Shown one piece after another: positions 38,525-48,444 of a stretch of 64,000 bases of DNA. The notes beneath the pieces were generated by a model. It made no database searches. It saw nothing but the letters and a program-made list of their open reading frames with translations, and had not been told where the DNA came from. Positions within the stretch are counted from its first letter, which is position 1. Each line of letters opens with the position of its first letter. This DNA is from a virus, in IMG/VR virus record IMGVR_UViG_3300028840_007197, positions 30,907 through 94,906 of that record. One strand, given 5' to 3'. Made by a program: the position numbers and the translations under genes.

Positions 38525-40741
38525 CTACTCCCTATAATTCACCAGTTTTGACGATGGCTCATTGATATATCCAGAAGGAATTATGAAGGTGGTCTGAGCA
38601 GGATTTTCGAGATTACCCATCTCTTCGTTATAAGATAATCTGAAATTTTTAGTGTCCAAATAACTTGGAACAATGTTTTCTTCATTGCTTTTTATCTGAT
38701 TAAAGAATGCCCCCATTTTCTGTGACTCTTCAGCAGCAGACCTGGGGGCCTCAAATGTTAGTTCCTGATATTTTTGCTGAGTTAATGATGCCGAGCTGTC
38801 CGATATTGTTCCAATAATCTCTGTTAGAGATCTTGAACCTGACATAGCAATACCGCGTCCGTATTTAAAAGATCCTATTAATCTATACCCATCTGCGTCT
38901 GTAAAAGGTACTGTCGAACTCGTAACTGTAGTTTCTATGTCTTGTAACTGATCATGAATTACCCCTTTACCTGCTCTGTCTGATACCTCATATCTGCCCT
39001 GTTTTATAGAACTGATATCTCCCGTGCTCTGTTTTAGTTTTCTTTTTCTTTCATCGTTTTCAGTTAGCTCAACAGAAGTCGGGTCAATTTCACCTTTAAA
39101 CCTATAAACTTTATCTTTCAAGACTTCACCTGTATCAAAATCAATAACCTTCTTTCTTTCTGCCTCAAGAGAAAGACTCGTAGTAAAACTTCCGCCATAA
39201 TCGAAAGAATGGTTTATTGATTTAACATAATAAAAAGCATCTTTATAATCTATATATACTGGATAGCCAAGCCTTAATTCCGGCCTTCCCGGTAATGATA
39301 CTGATCCCGTATAACATTTTGCATTTATAACGCTTAAATGGCCCAGGGCTAGTTGATTGCCTAAATCAGCCCTTGTTGTTATATACTCTACATGTAATTC
39401 TTTTTGCCTAATGCCGTATCTTTTAGCAAGGTCTATATCCATATGATATCCACGAGCTGGCACAGTTTTAGGGTCTCTTATAGCACCATGGAATGGTGTA
39501 GTAATTTGAAGTACTGTAACAATACCTTCTGAGTCTAATTGAAACGAGGAATTTATAATATCATACGATCTGATATTATAGGGTTCAACGCCTTTGGTAT
39601 TCATATTAAAGAAGGGTGGTTTGAATATGAAATTACCATCGACATCCTGAAAAAATTCATACTCTATTCTATTTTTTATTTCAGTAGCTATCTCCAACTT
39701 ACTTAGATATTCAGCCTCACTGAACTCGCCCATCTTATCAAACTCAAAGAAAACAGCGAATTTATTAAGGTCCTTATTCACATCGAATTCATCAACAATC
39801 TGTGAATGGGAGGCCCTTTTTTTTCTAGATGTATCAGGAACATCTACCTTTCTTGTAGTGTTCGGTCTAAGTATATCTACTTTATTACCAGCTGAATTTA
39901 TTGTTAATCTTTTACTATCGTTAGCCCCATACATTTTAAGAAGAGAACCTAAGCTCTCAAATCTTTGTTTCCAATAAGACATAATGCCTATAGCTGCAGA
40001 CCTTAGAACATTAGACGGTATTATCTGAGAACGAGGCGTTTTTTGAGCAACCCAAGTAGGGCTTATAAATCTATGAGCAGCCGCTTGCTCTATCTGTTCA
40101 TTTTGTGTACTTTTTGGTACATACATATCTGTCGCCAGCCGCCACATAATAGTAAATGGATTAGCGTCCCTAAATATTGTTTTAAAAGCGGTCATAGTTT
40201 GACCGCCACCAAAAGCAATATTAGATTCTGGCACTGGATGAATATTAACCTGACTGTAAGCCCACCAATGAAGCATGTCTACGCATTGGATATTTATTTT
40301 ATAAACTCCACCAGAATAGTTCTCTTCAACACTAGATATAAATCCCCAAAAGGACGGATAGTACTTTGGTTCTCCATTAACAAGATATCTACCTTTAAAG
40401 AAAATTTTAACTTCCATCATTGGAACAAAAACTGGAGCACGAATGATCTTTCCATCTACCTTGTAAGGTAGCCAGTATTTAGAATGTTCTCCATAGATAG
40501 GAGTTGTAACTTCGATAGATGCGGATGACGAACCCGGTGGATCAACGTTATTTTGAACACTTACTGCTGTTATGCCATCATTGAAATCAACTTTCTGATC
40601 CTTACCACTAGCGGGGGACACGACAACGGAACCGACATCCCCTGCTATATAAACAAGGACATCAGGGGCGAGTTTTATTATACCCCTGTTTCTGAACTCG
40701 GGTATCGTGAATAATCCTGAGTCTCTATTTAATCGTGCCAT
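38525..40741 (-). CDS. Baseplate hub protein (gp27/Mu gp44-like)
   Basis: EVKIFFKG, FWGFISSVEENY, IQCVD, EFFQDVDGNFIFKPP, GSVSLPGRPELRLGYPVYI, YYVKSINHSF, FTTSLSL. Confidence 0.8.
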   Translation of the reverse strand: MARLNRDSGLFTIPEFRNRGIIKLAPDVLVYIAGDVGSVVVSPASGKDQKVDFNDGITAVSVQNNVDPPGSSSASIEVTTPIYGEHSKYWLPYKVDGKIIRAPVFVPMMEVKIFFKGRYLVNGEPKYYPSFWGFISSVEENYSGGVYKINIQCVDMLHWWAYSQVNIHPVPESNIAFGGGQTMTAFKTIFRDANPFTIMWRLATDMYVPKSTQNEQIEQAAAHRFISPTWVAQKTPRSQIIPSNVLRSAAIGIMSYWKQRFESLGSLLKMYGANDSKRLTINSAGNKVDILRPNTTRKVDVPDTSRKKRASHSQIVDEFDVNKDLNKFAVFFEFDKMGEFSEAEYLSKLEIATEIKNRIEYEFFQDVDGNFIFKPPFFNMNTKGVEPYNIRSYDIINSSFQLDSEGIVTVLQITTPFHGAIRDPKTVPARGYHMDIDLAKRYGIRQKELHVEYITTRADLGNQLALGHLSVINAKCYTGSVSLPGRPELRLGYPVYIDYKDAFYYVKSINHSFDYGGSFTTSLSLEAERKKVIDFDTGEVLKDKVYRFKGEIDPTSVELTENDERKRKLKQSTGDISSIKQGRYEVSDRAGKGVIHDQLQDIETTVTSSTVPFTDADGYRLIGSFKYGRGIAMSGSRSLTEIIGTISDSSASLTQQKYQELTFEAPRSAAEESQKMGAFFNQIKSNEENIVPSYLDTKNFRLSYNEEMGNLENPAQTTFIIPSGYINEPSSKLVNYRE

Positions 40742-40751
40742 TATCCAGACC

Positions 40752-41705
40752 TCACGGTGAGAATGGCCATGTTTCAGAAATGAGTCTACGTTTCAATTTC
40801 ATATTTCCCCTAGTGCTCCCATCCGTATACCCCTCCGTGAAAGCACTAGACCATAGCTGACCAGTTATACTTTGCCATAGGACATAAAGGGAAGATTCAT
40901 CGATTGCCGTGAGTTCTTGCAACGGTGTATCTGGACCCATACTCTGCACATCTGAAACAACCCTTATACTTTTTCCGGAGGCTATGGAGTCCTGATCCGA
41001 GAGTGGCTCTTGGTTACTGTACACATTGGTGACTTGTCGGTTTTCCGGTATTGGTATAAAATGTCCCCGTATCTCATCATATCGGGCACTGTTAGAACTG
41101 ATAACAAACTCAAAATTGTAACTAAGAATAAAAGGATTATCAGCGGTCTCATCCATGGTAAAAGTATTAAAATGACCTAGATATATCTGACCGTCATAAT
41201 AGATCTCTACGCCCTGTATGACACTTATTACTCGTATTTCGTCTATAAGAGGATTCGATGGGTCAATGAGTCTGTATCCGTTATTCCTATAGGCATTAAA
41301 AAGGGCCATGAAATTAAGGAACCCAAAAGACTTTTTAGCATAAATAGTGGCTAAGCCCTCTTCAGGAGACAGGAACATCGCCGTTTTACCCGTCGCTGTA
41401 AGTGTATCCTGTCCCGGTCCCCATAACTGTGTTACATACCCTCTTCTGGTATAGGAGAAATTAGCCGTGTTAGTCTTCCCATGGTTCATACTCTCTGGAT
41501 TTATAAGCATGGTGAATTCAATACGATCACCATCTTTTCCAGCCATAGCGATTACCATTGGAAGGTATGACTCACCGGCTGTAGTCAATTTTAGATGATC
41601 TGTTGTTCCTACTTCCTCTGATTCAAACCTATAAGATGAGCTTTGAGAGCTGTTATTGAGAAAGTCATCTGTTTGAGTTCTTATGAGTTCTCTAGATGAC
41701 ATCAT
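40752..41705 (-). CDS. Tube-initiator/baseplate protein (tube-like fold), paralogue A
   Basis: INPESM...T..G.V...WG...DTL...G.T and YLGHF..F...E...PF...Y.FEF; located between tape measure and hub. Confidence 0.65.
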   Translation of the reverse strand: MMSSRELIRTQTDDFLNNSSQSSSYRFESEEVGTTDHLKLTTAGESYLPMVIAMAGKDGDRIEFTMLINPESMNHGKTNTANFSYTRRGYVTQLWGPGQDTLTATGKTAMFLSPEEGLATIYAKKSFGFLNFMALFNAYRNNGYRLIDPSNPLIDEIRVISVIQGVEIYYDGQIYLGHFNTFTMDETADNPFILSYNFEFVISSNSARYDEIRGHFIPIPENRQVTNVYSNQEPLSDQDSIASGKSIRVVSDVQSMGPDTPLQELTAIDESSLYVLWQSITGQLWSSAFTEGYTDGSTRGNMKLKRRLISETWPFSP

Positions 41706-42502
41706 GACCTCACGACATTTTTACGATTCGTGAATCTATAGAGAGTCTTCTCTGACTTGAAAGTTATTGTATAGTTGAATCTAAAGGGAGTTGTAGCATC
41801 TTCAATAATATCTATACTTTCGAAATACCCGATATATGATGAATAATCATAAGTAATCCTGATAAATTTCCGGTCAGAAACGAAGCCATTATCATCGAAA
41901 ATGCACCCATTTGTACTAAACATCTGGACTATCTTCTTCATCTCTTTATAGGATACGCAATCTCTCCTGTTACTAACGGTTAGGCCAAAATTACTCAGGT
42001 TTCTAGTTACTGATTGTGTCTGAACGGAATAGTCTCCTAATCCAAGATACGAATAATAATCTGCTATGGCTGCCTCTTTATTAGCAGATTCGTTTACCAT
42101 TGGGCTATAAATACTTCTTACTGATGTATCACCAACAACGAATGCTTTTGTATTACCCGATAGTGTTATGGTGTCTATTTCTTCTCCCCAATGTTCTTCC
42201 ACCCACCCAACCATTGTCTGAGTCCTATTTATTATCTTAGCCATATTTAGGCTTAAGGTTGATGGATTTACCATCATTTTAATACCTAAGATCCTTCTTG
42301 AACTCACCGTTGTAGTAGATATAGGCGGCCATGGAATACTAACAGGTTTCTGATTACCGTCTACAATTTCTATAATAAGGGGTTTCAGCTCATTATTTCT
42401 GCTTATTACTCTATAACCTTGAAGGTAATCAGAATAATTCAGCAAATACTGATCATTCTCAGCGGCATATTGCTCTCTTGCTTCGTCTCGATAGAGGGCC
42501 AT
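41702..42502 (-). CDS. Tube-initiator/baseplate protein, paralogue B
   Basis: VNPSTL...T..GWVEEHWGEEIDTITLSGNT and YIGYFE..D..ED...PFRFNYTITF align with 40752-41705. Confidence 0.65.
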   Translation of the reverse strand: MALYRDEAREQYAAENDQYLLNYSDYLQGYRVISRNNELKPLIIEIVDGNQKPVSIPWPPISTTTVSSRRILGIKMMVNPSTLSLNMAKIINRTQTMVGWVEEHWGEEIDTITLSGNTKAFVVGDTSVRSIYSPMVNESANKEAAIADYYSYLGLGDYSVQTQSVTRNLSNFGLTVSNRRDCVSYKEMKKIVQMFSTNGCIFDDNGFVSDRKFIRITYDYSSYIGYFESIDIIEDATTPFRFNYTITFKSEKTLYRFTNRKNVVRS

Positions 42503-42505
42503 ATT

Positions 42506-45500
42506 TTATGACATCCCCGTGAGTTGTTCCTGATACATTGCAGACCTTATCTGATTAGCTATTTTTTGAGCTAAATCCTTCTCAGTAGCATTAACATTTA
42601 TATTTATAGTTTTGCTGGAAGAAATTGGTCCTTCTCCAACTCCGCCTTTTATTGTAGGTATTGTTGGAACGGCGTCACTTCCTGCTCCACCGGCCATTGT
42701 AGGTATTGTTGGAACAACATCAAATCCTGATACGGGCAGTACTTTTTCTCCCTTGTGCGCCAAAATCATTTCAGACGGGTCAGTAATCTCATAAGGGCTT
42801 TTCAGGCCCTGCATAACTTTAACATATTTTATTTTATTAGATTCTACATCTTTAAGCATTTCATATAACTGTTTTGAGTCTATTCCATAATCTTCCATCA
42901 CTTTTTGTGCGTCCTCTTCAGAATTAATCATCTCTGCAAAACTTCTAGCCGCCTCACCTCGGGCATCCTTATTACCCATGAGAAGGCCCTTCATATAGAA
43001 AGCCATGATTTCATTTGATTTATTTAATTCTCCAAGATTAGTTAAATTATTTTCTAAAATGGTTGTTTGACCCTCTGCCTCTTTGACCATATTATGAGCA
43101 TCTTTTTTAGCTTGGTCTGTACCTTTTTTTGTCGCTTTTTCTAATAGTTTATATCTTTGTAATATCAATATTATACCAGACATATCTTTCTCTGAGGACC
43201 CAATTAGCTTTTCATACTTATCCATTAGCTCTTTAACGGTATTTTTCTGAGCATCTATAACTTCTTGACTATTATTAGTACCTGATGCAGTTAGTGCAGA
43301 AAGGCTATTTTTCTCTTCATCAAGTTTTTTACTTATTTCAATAAGAGCTCTAGTATTTTCATCTGAAAATTTAGAAAGATTCTCAATACGCTTCTTATCA
43401 GCTTCTGCCATAGCGGCCAGGTCTTTACCCTCTTTAGCCGCACCTGTGAATTGTTCCGCTGCTTTTATCGAAGCATTTAAGGCGTCTAGCCTTTTTACTG
43501 TTTGTTTAGTTATATATTTTTGTTCTTTTTCTGTTATGTTCCCACCAAGATTTATTCCTAATTTTGAAGAAGCAAAAGTCTTAATTTTTTCTTGAGACTC
43601 TTTTTGAGAAGTAGAAAGATAACCGGGCTTATCTTTAACAAGCCATCCATATATATCTAATACCTTCTTATTTAATATAGTGGCCGCTTTCAGACTACTT
43701 AATCTCCATTTCCATTCATCTTTTGCTATTTTAATCATTTCTTCAAATGAGAGGGTCTGATCACGAATCTCCTGAAAGGTATCTTCAGCCTGTTTTTCTT
43801 GATTATCACTTGATACTTTGGATGCTCTCTCGGTTTTAGCTACCATTTTATCAGCTGCTTTTTGATCTTTAATGAGTTTTAAAAAATTATTGACTTCCTC
43901 CTCTGACGTATTTTCATTTGTTCTGATTAAATCATAGATAGATTTTGCTATTTTAGGATCAACACTTGAAATATCAGCTAAAAATTTTGATGTTTGTTCA
44001 GAAAATTTTAAATCCTTTTGAAAATGGTCAGCCAAGTTCTGCTGAGCATCAGCAATCTTTTTAGGATCTTGACTTTTATACGCATCTATCAAATTATCAA
44101 ATTTTGTTTTTTGAAGTTGCTTTGTATTTATATTGGCAATTTGACCAAGAAAAGATATTTTTTTCTGTTCGGCTGAACCAGTAATACCGACCTCTTTTTC
44201 TATCATATTATTTTGATGTGTAGCTAGTTGTTTTAATTGCATAGCAAAATCTGTACTAAGACCCATGGTTTCAAGTATTTTCTTTGAAGTCCAAATCTCT
44301 TCTCCGCTCATATCAACTAATGATTTATTAGTACCTCTCAATTGTAATAAACGCGTAATAAGTTCCGCTGCTCTATCAGCAATAAGGGGGAGATAGGGCG
44401 CTTGTTCTATTTCATTTTTTCCTTGAGCATCAGTTGCCATTTTAATTTTACCTAAAATATTAGACTGTTCGTTCAACAGCCGGTTATATTCGGCATTTGT
44501 ATCTTCATCTCTGTCCTTTATACTAAGATTAGCTTCAATCTGTGAATTTATATCTGAAAGTTTACCTCTCCATTCGGATTCAAAACTCTTGAAAGCAGCA
44601 TTCACTGCCTCCCTTCCCCCTTGTGTAGCTTTTACCAATCCCAAAAAAGATGCTCGTTGAGTATCCGACATATTCTTGAACGATTGAGTCAGGTCTTCTA
44701 CTGTCTTTGAAGTCTCTTCAACCCCCATTACACCAGTTTTAGAAAACTTTTCTAATTGTTTTGTGGCCTGTTCAACATATATACCATAAAAAGCAAGTGA
44801 GGCACTCGCGTTCTGAACAGCATTCCAAAACCTATCAGAGCTCATACCAGACTTTTTAGCACTGAAAGCAACTTGAATGAATGACTTGTCTATAGTCCGC
44901 ATATCCATTCTAAAATTATTCATTAGATCTGAAATAATGCTTCCGACCTGTGGCATGTCCATTGCAAGAACTTTACTCGCTCTAGCCGCTATATGTATAG
45001 AATCCCTATAACCCAAAAGCCCCTCATTTAATCTTCCAATATTAGTCCCAGCCTGATATACTGAATTCATGAACTCACGTATCTGATCAGCATTTAGTCC
45101 AACCTCTAAATTCTTACCAGCATCATATACCATCTTGTTAAATGACTTAAACTGGCCCTTAATGTCTTTTGTAATGATGTCTGGACCTCTAATCTCTGCG
45201 AACCTCTTATTAGCATCTTTCACAAATGAATCTGCCGCCATTCCCATGTCCCAAATCTTCTTACCCACAACCGCCAGAACACCCACCCACCCACCAAACA
45301 GCTTTCCTATGCCACCAACCGCAGACCCAACCTTTTTAGTCACTGATCCTAACACCCCCATCTTTTTACCAGCGGCCCCTAAAGATCCTGACCATCCAGT
45401 GATATAATCACCTAGTTGCTTTGCAGAGGAAGATTGATGCCTTAAACCCTTCAGACTCCCAAATGACTTGAATACATTTACTACCTGACCTAAACCTTCA

Positions 45501-45919
45501 CCCATATCTTCAAAAGCGTCGATCCGGCTTTTAGAAGATGCAACGATTTGATTAGTAAGGCTTGTTACTTCCTTCTTATACTCATTTATGAGATTTACCT
45601 GTTCCTCAAGACCCTCTACCCCATCCTTAAAGTCCATCTTCTTAAGGTCTTTGAGTTTATTCGACAGCTGGTCTATCCTATTTATATAATCAGATGCTTG
45701 TTTCAAATTAAAAGTATCAGCTACAGCTAAGCTTTTGACCTCTTTCATCGTCTTTCGTAACGACGATCCAAGGTCTTCAACCTCATCCTCAAAATTATGG
45801 ATGGACTTGCTCCACTCCTCAATAGCTTTTTTAGATTTTTTACTGGCTTCCTCAGTAGTATCCCCGAGACTTTTCATTTTTTTATTTATACTATCAAGGT
45901 TCTGATCAGTCTGATTCAT
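42506..45919 (-). CDS. Tail tape measure protein
   Basis: 1137 aa, helical/coiled-coil with a Gly/Ala-rich hydrophobic segment, C-terminal HKGEKVLP and ININVN...LAQKI motifs; canonical position after tube and chaperones. Confidence 0.85.
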   Translation of the reverse strand: MNQTDQNLDSINKKMKSLGDTTEEASKKSKKAIEEWSKSIHNFEDEVEDLGSSLRKTMKEVKSLAVADTFNLKQASDYINRIDQLSNKLKDLKKMDFKDGVEGLEEQVNLINEYKKEVTSLTNQIVASSKSRIDAFEDMGEGLGQVVNVFKSFGSLKGLRHQSSSAKQLGDYITGWSGSLGAAGKKMGVLGSVTKKVGSAVGGIGKLFGGWVGVLAVVGKKIWDMGMAADSFVKDANKRFAEIRGPDIITKDIKGQFKSFNKMVYDAGKNLEVGLNADQIREFMNSVYQAGTNIGRLNEGLLGYRDSIHIAARASKVLAMDMPQVGSIISDLMNNFRMDMRTIDKSFIQVAFSAKKSGMSSDRFWNAVQNASASLAFYGIYVEQATKQLEKFSKTGVMGVEETSKTVEDLTQSFKNMSDTQRASFLGLVKATQGGREAVNAAFKSFESEWRGKLSDINSQIEANLSIKDRDEDTNAEYNRLLNEQSNILGKIKMATDAQGKNEIEQAPYLPLIADRAAELITRLLQLRGTNKSLVDMSGEEIWTSKKILETMGLSTDFAMQLKQLATHQNNMIEKEVGITGSAEQKKISFLGQIANINTKQLQKTKFDNLIDAYKSQDPKKIADAQQNLADHFQKDLKFSEQTSKFLADISSVDPKIAKSIYDLIRTNENTSEEEVNNFLKLIKDQKAADKMVAKTERASKVSSDNQEKQAEDTFQEIRDQTLSFEEMIKIAKDEWKWRLSSLKAATILNKKVLDIYGWLVKDKPGYLSTSQKESQEKIKTFASSKLGINLGGNITEKEQKYITKQTVKRLDALNASIKAAEQFTGAAKEGKDLAAMAEADKKRIENLSKFSDENTRALIEISKKLDEEKNSLSALTASGTNNSQEVIDAQKNTVKELMDKYEKLIGSSEKDMSGIILILQRYKLLEKATKKGTDQAKKDAHNMVKEAEGQTTILENNLTNLGELNKSNEIMAFYMKGLLMGNKDARGEAARSFAEMINSEEDAQKVMEDYGIDSKQLYEMLKDVESNKIKYVKVMQGLKSPYEITDPSEMILAHKGEKVLPVSGFDVVPTIPTMAGGAGSDAVPTIPTIKGGVGEGPISSSKTININVNATEKDLAQKIANQIRSAMYQEQLTGMS

Positions 45920-45925
45920 CAGTCT

Positions 45926-46981
45926 CTATCTCCTGGAAGTAAGAACCCTGTTACCAACCTTTTTTATGAATTTATCCTTCGCCTCTCGACCCTCAGCTTC
46001 ATCAGACCGAACCATTATGGTCTTCGGAGACGTCTTTTTAATAAACTTTTCGGTCTCTTCAGAAGTCAGAGGTCTCGAAATACCAGAGAAGAGTTCATTC
46101 TCAGTGCCACTCTCCTCTCGTACCTTTCGTATCCTCTTTTTCGCATCTTCTGCCTTCTTCTCTGCATTTTCTCTTATCTTTTTCATATACTCTTCTATAA
46201 AGAGATCATGCCTATCTTTGAATCCCTTCATTTGCCGGTCGAGCTCGGCTACAATTCCCTCAACCGTATCTACAGGTGCTGCCCATCTCTCTGGAGACCA
46301 TTTATCTACATCTACATACCCCACTTCAGCAAGCTTATTTCTTCTTTCCTCAGTATTACTAATATTTGTATCATGTTGTCCTTTTACTCTCTTAGACCCT
46401 TTAGGATTTGAAGCGGAAGAAATCATAAGCGCCATAGAGAATCTCTGATTATAGCGCTCCTCTTCATCCAGCATTCTATTTATTGTTATCCACACCTCTT
46501 GATGAACATTAAGTCCAATAGTTCCAGTACCTTGTATTCCTGTGAACTCATCACAACTGGGAAATTTATCCCCCAATACCTTCCATTTTTTCCTTGAACC
46601 TGAGGTATAACTGAAACCCTCAAGGTATTTTACTGTCTCATATGATAAAGTCCTCAACGAATTTAGCTCAGTAATAATGCTTTTGAATAAATTCTCAGGA
46701 ATTTTCTTGAAAAAATCACATAGCTCATTAAATCGGTCTGACCGCCTTGTAAGGTAATTATAACCGTCTACTGATAAAAGGCTCATTGCCAAATAATTAA
46801 CATTGAAGCGGGCATTATGATCGGCCCTATCCGGACTTCCAGAGAGCATCTTTGCCATCTCGAATTCGCGCTCATTTATAGTCTTGAATATGAATAGGTT
46901 ATCTCCAAACTCCAATTCCATAAGGAGGAATCCCTTATAGATTAGGTCTGAGAGCAAATTATAGGCTTCGTCCCGTTCCAT
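45926..46981 (-). CDS. Tail assembly chaperone-like protein (long form)
   Basis: Between the short chaperone and the TMP; N-terminal ~120 aa resemble 46983-47543. Confidence 0.55.
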   Translation of the reverse strand: MERDEAYNLLSDLIYKGFLLMELEFGDNLFIFKTINEREFEMAKMLSGSPDRADHNARFNVNYLAMSLLSVDGYNYLTRRSDRFNELCDFFKKIPENLFKSIITELNSLRTLSYETVKYLEGFSYTSGSRKKWKVLGDKFPSCDEFTGIQGTGTIGLNVHQEVWITINRMLDEEERYNQRFSMALMISSASNPKGSKRVKGQHDTNISNTEERRNKLAEVGYVDVDKWSPERWAAPVDTVEGIVAELDRQMKGFKDRHDLFIEEYMKKIRENAEKKAEDAKKRIRKVREESGTENELFSGISRPLTSEETEKFIKKTSPKTIMVRSDEAEGREAKDKFIKKVGNRVLTSRR

Positions 46982-46982
46982 A

Positions 46983-47543
46983 CTATTTATTAAGGTCTAC
47001 TTCAGCCTGTTCTAATTCTTTCTCTACCTGCTTGTTCAATTTATCCGTCTCAGTAAGACCTTCCTCATCTTCTTGGTTCTCTATTCTTTTATAGGTATTT
47101 TTAACGTTCTTTTCAGGTTTTGTAACAACAAACCTCTTGAATTTAGCCATACCCTTAACCTTATCATCCATCTCATCCTGCATATTGGTGAATGCTTCAA
47201 ATAGAGTATCCCTTATCGGTGGAGGCCAGCTTCCGACCATTTTCTTAAGATAAAGATATTTCGATAGTTTCGATTTATCCCCATTATCATCCGTGTATTC
47301 ATATTCTTTATTATCTTCCAGCTTGAACTCGTTTATGGATTTTATTGCATATGCAAGAGAACAAACCTTGATACCATTGATGTATTCATGACCTTCAAGG
47401 TCCACACAACCACTTAAAATTTTAATTTCTTCATCAGATGTTGGTGGTTCTAGTCTAATTCTTATTCCTATTTCTGAAAATTCCACATCCCTAAAAATGT
47501 TAAGGTCATTACTCATCTTTTTACACAGACTGTTCAAGTCCAT
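46983..47543 (-). CDS. Tail assembly chaperone-like protein (short form)
   Basis: Directly after the tube; IRLEPPTSDEE...SLAYAIKSIN...SWPPPIRDTLF pattern; AGGAGG RBS. Confidence 0.6.
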   Translation of the reverse strand: MDLNSLCKKMSNDLNIFRDVEFSEIGIRIRLEPPTSDEEIKILSGCVDLEGHEYINGIKVCSLAYAIKSINEFKLEDNKEYEYTDDNGDKSKLSKYLYLKKMVGSWPPPIRDTLFEAFTNMQDEMDDKVKGMAKFKRFVVTKPEKNVKNTYKRIENQEDEEGLTETDKLNKQVEKELEQAEVDLNK

Positions 47544-47728
47544 ACGGAAAGCCTCCTATGCGGATTTTGATCTGAAAAATTATAATAGAGACAGGGGAAA
47601 ACCCGAAGGTAATCGTAGCAGATAGGATATTTGAATCTTATTTTTATTTTTATTTCGCCAGAAGGCGAGAATATTATGTGTTATTTGAAATTTTATTTTA
47701 TTTAACTTCGAGGTAAACCCCGAGAAAC

Positions 47729-48415
47729 TTATTCAGGTGTCGAAAGTCTATTCGACAGGAAAGCCAGTGACGAATAAGGCTCTGCCTCTGAATATTCATC
47801 ATCACCAAGAGCAGGACCGGCCATGATATCAGATACCTGAATCGTAACGGTTTCCTGCACCAGCGCGGTATCAGAAGCAAAAGACACCGAGAAATCAGAA
47901 ATCCAGCAAGCTTCGTAGAACGTCAGAAGAGCCTGATAGTTCTCCAGGTTCCCGCTACCGTCCCTGACGAGCTCAGTTGCACTGGTGCTCAGTGTCGTCT
48001 CAGTGTTATCAGTACCACCATACTGCGAGGCAGCAAGGGCACTGAAAACGATTTCCTGACGGATATCAAACGGCCACCTGTGCTGCTTCAGTGACCGTAC
48101 AATTCCATCAATGCCGGACTTGTACCCGAACACCTGATAGATATTCGAAAGGTACAGGGCCGTTCTCGTCACCGAGATGGACATAGGATCTGTGACACCA
48201 GGTACCAACTCAGCTATATGATCCCCAAAACCGATCCCTCGAATGGGCTCTATAGTCCTTGCTTCAGAGGGGTCGAACGTCGCGATAACGCCAATCTGTT
48301 TGAGGTCCCCATTAGCGTTCGTGGCGTAAATACGGTTTTTGGAGCTAATAACTGAGAGGGTATTAGGCGAGACACCACGCCGAAAGATATAACTGTCGTG
48401 ATCTCTGGTTGCCAT
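47729..48415 (-). CDS. Tail tube protein
   Basis: IGVI..F..SE.R.IEPIRGIG...ELVPG...ISV.R..LY, PFDI, YEACWISDFS..F..D...V.E.VTI; follows the sheath; AGGAGG RBS. Confidence 0.85.
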   Translation of the reverse strand: MATRDHDSYIFRRGVSPNTLSVISSKNRIYATNANGDLKQIGVIATFDPSEARTIEPIRGIGFGDHIAELVPGVTDPMSISVTRTALYLSNIYQVFGYKSGIDGIVRSLKQHRWPFDIRQEIVFSALAASQYGGTDNTETTLSTSATELVRDGSGNLENYQALLTFYEACWISDFSVSFASDTALVQETVTIQVSDIMAGPALGDDEYSEAEPYSSLAFLSNRLSTPE

Positions 48416-48444
48416 TATAACCCTCCTGTTTTCAACTCATTTAT

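Noticed and set aside
43000-44600. Low-GC stretch in the tape measure as a foreign insertion
   Set aside because: Uninterrupted reading frame and Lys/Ile/Asn-rich composition can explain it; no boundary repeats seen.
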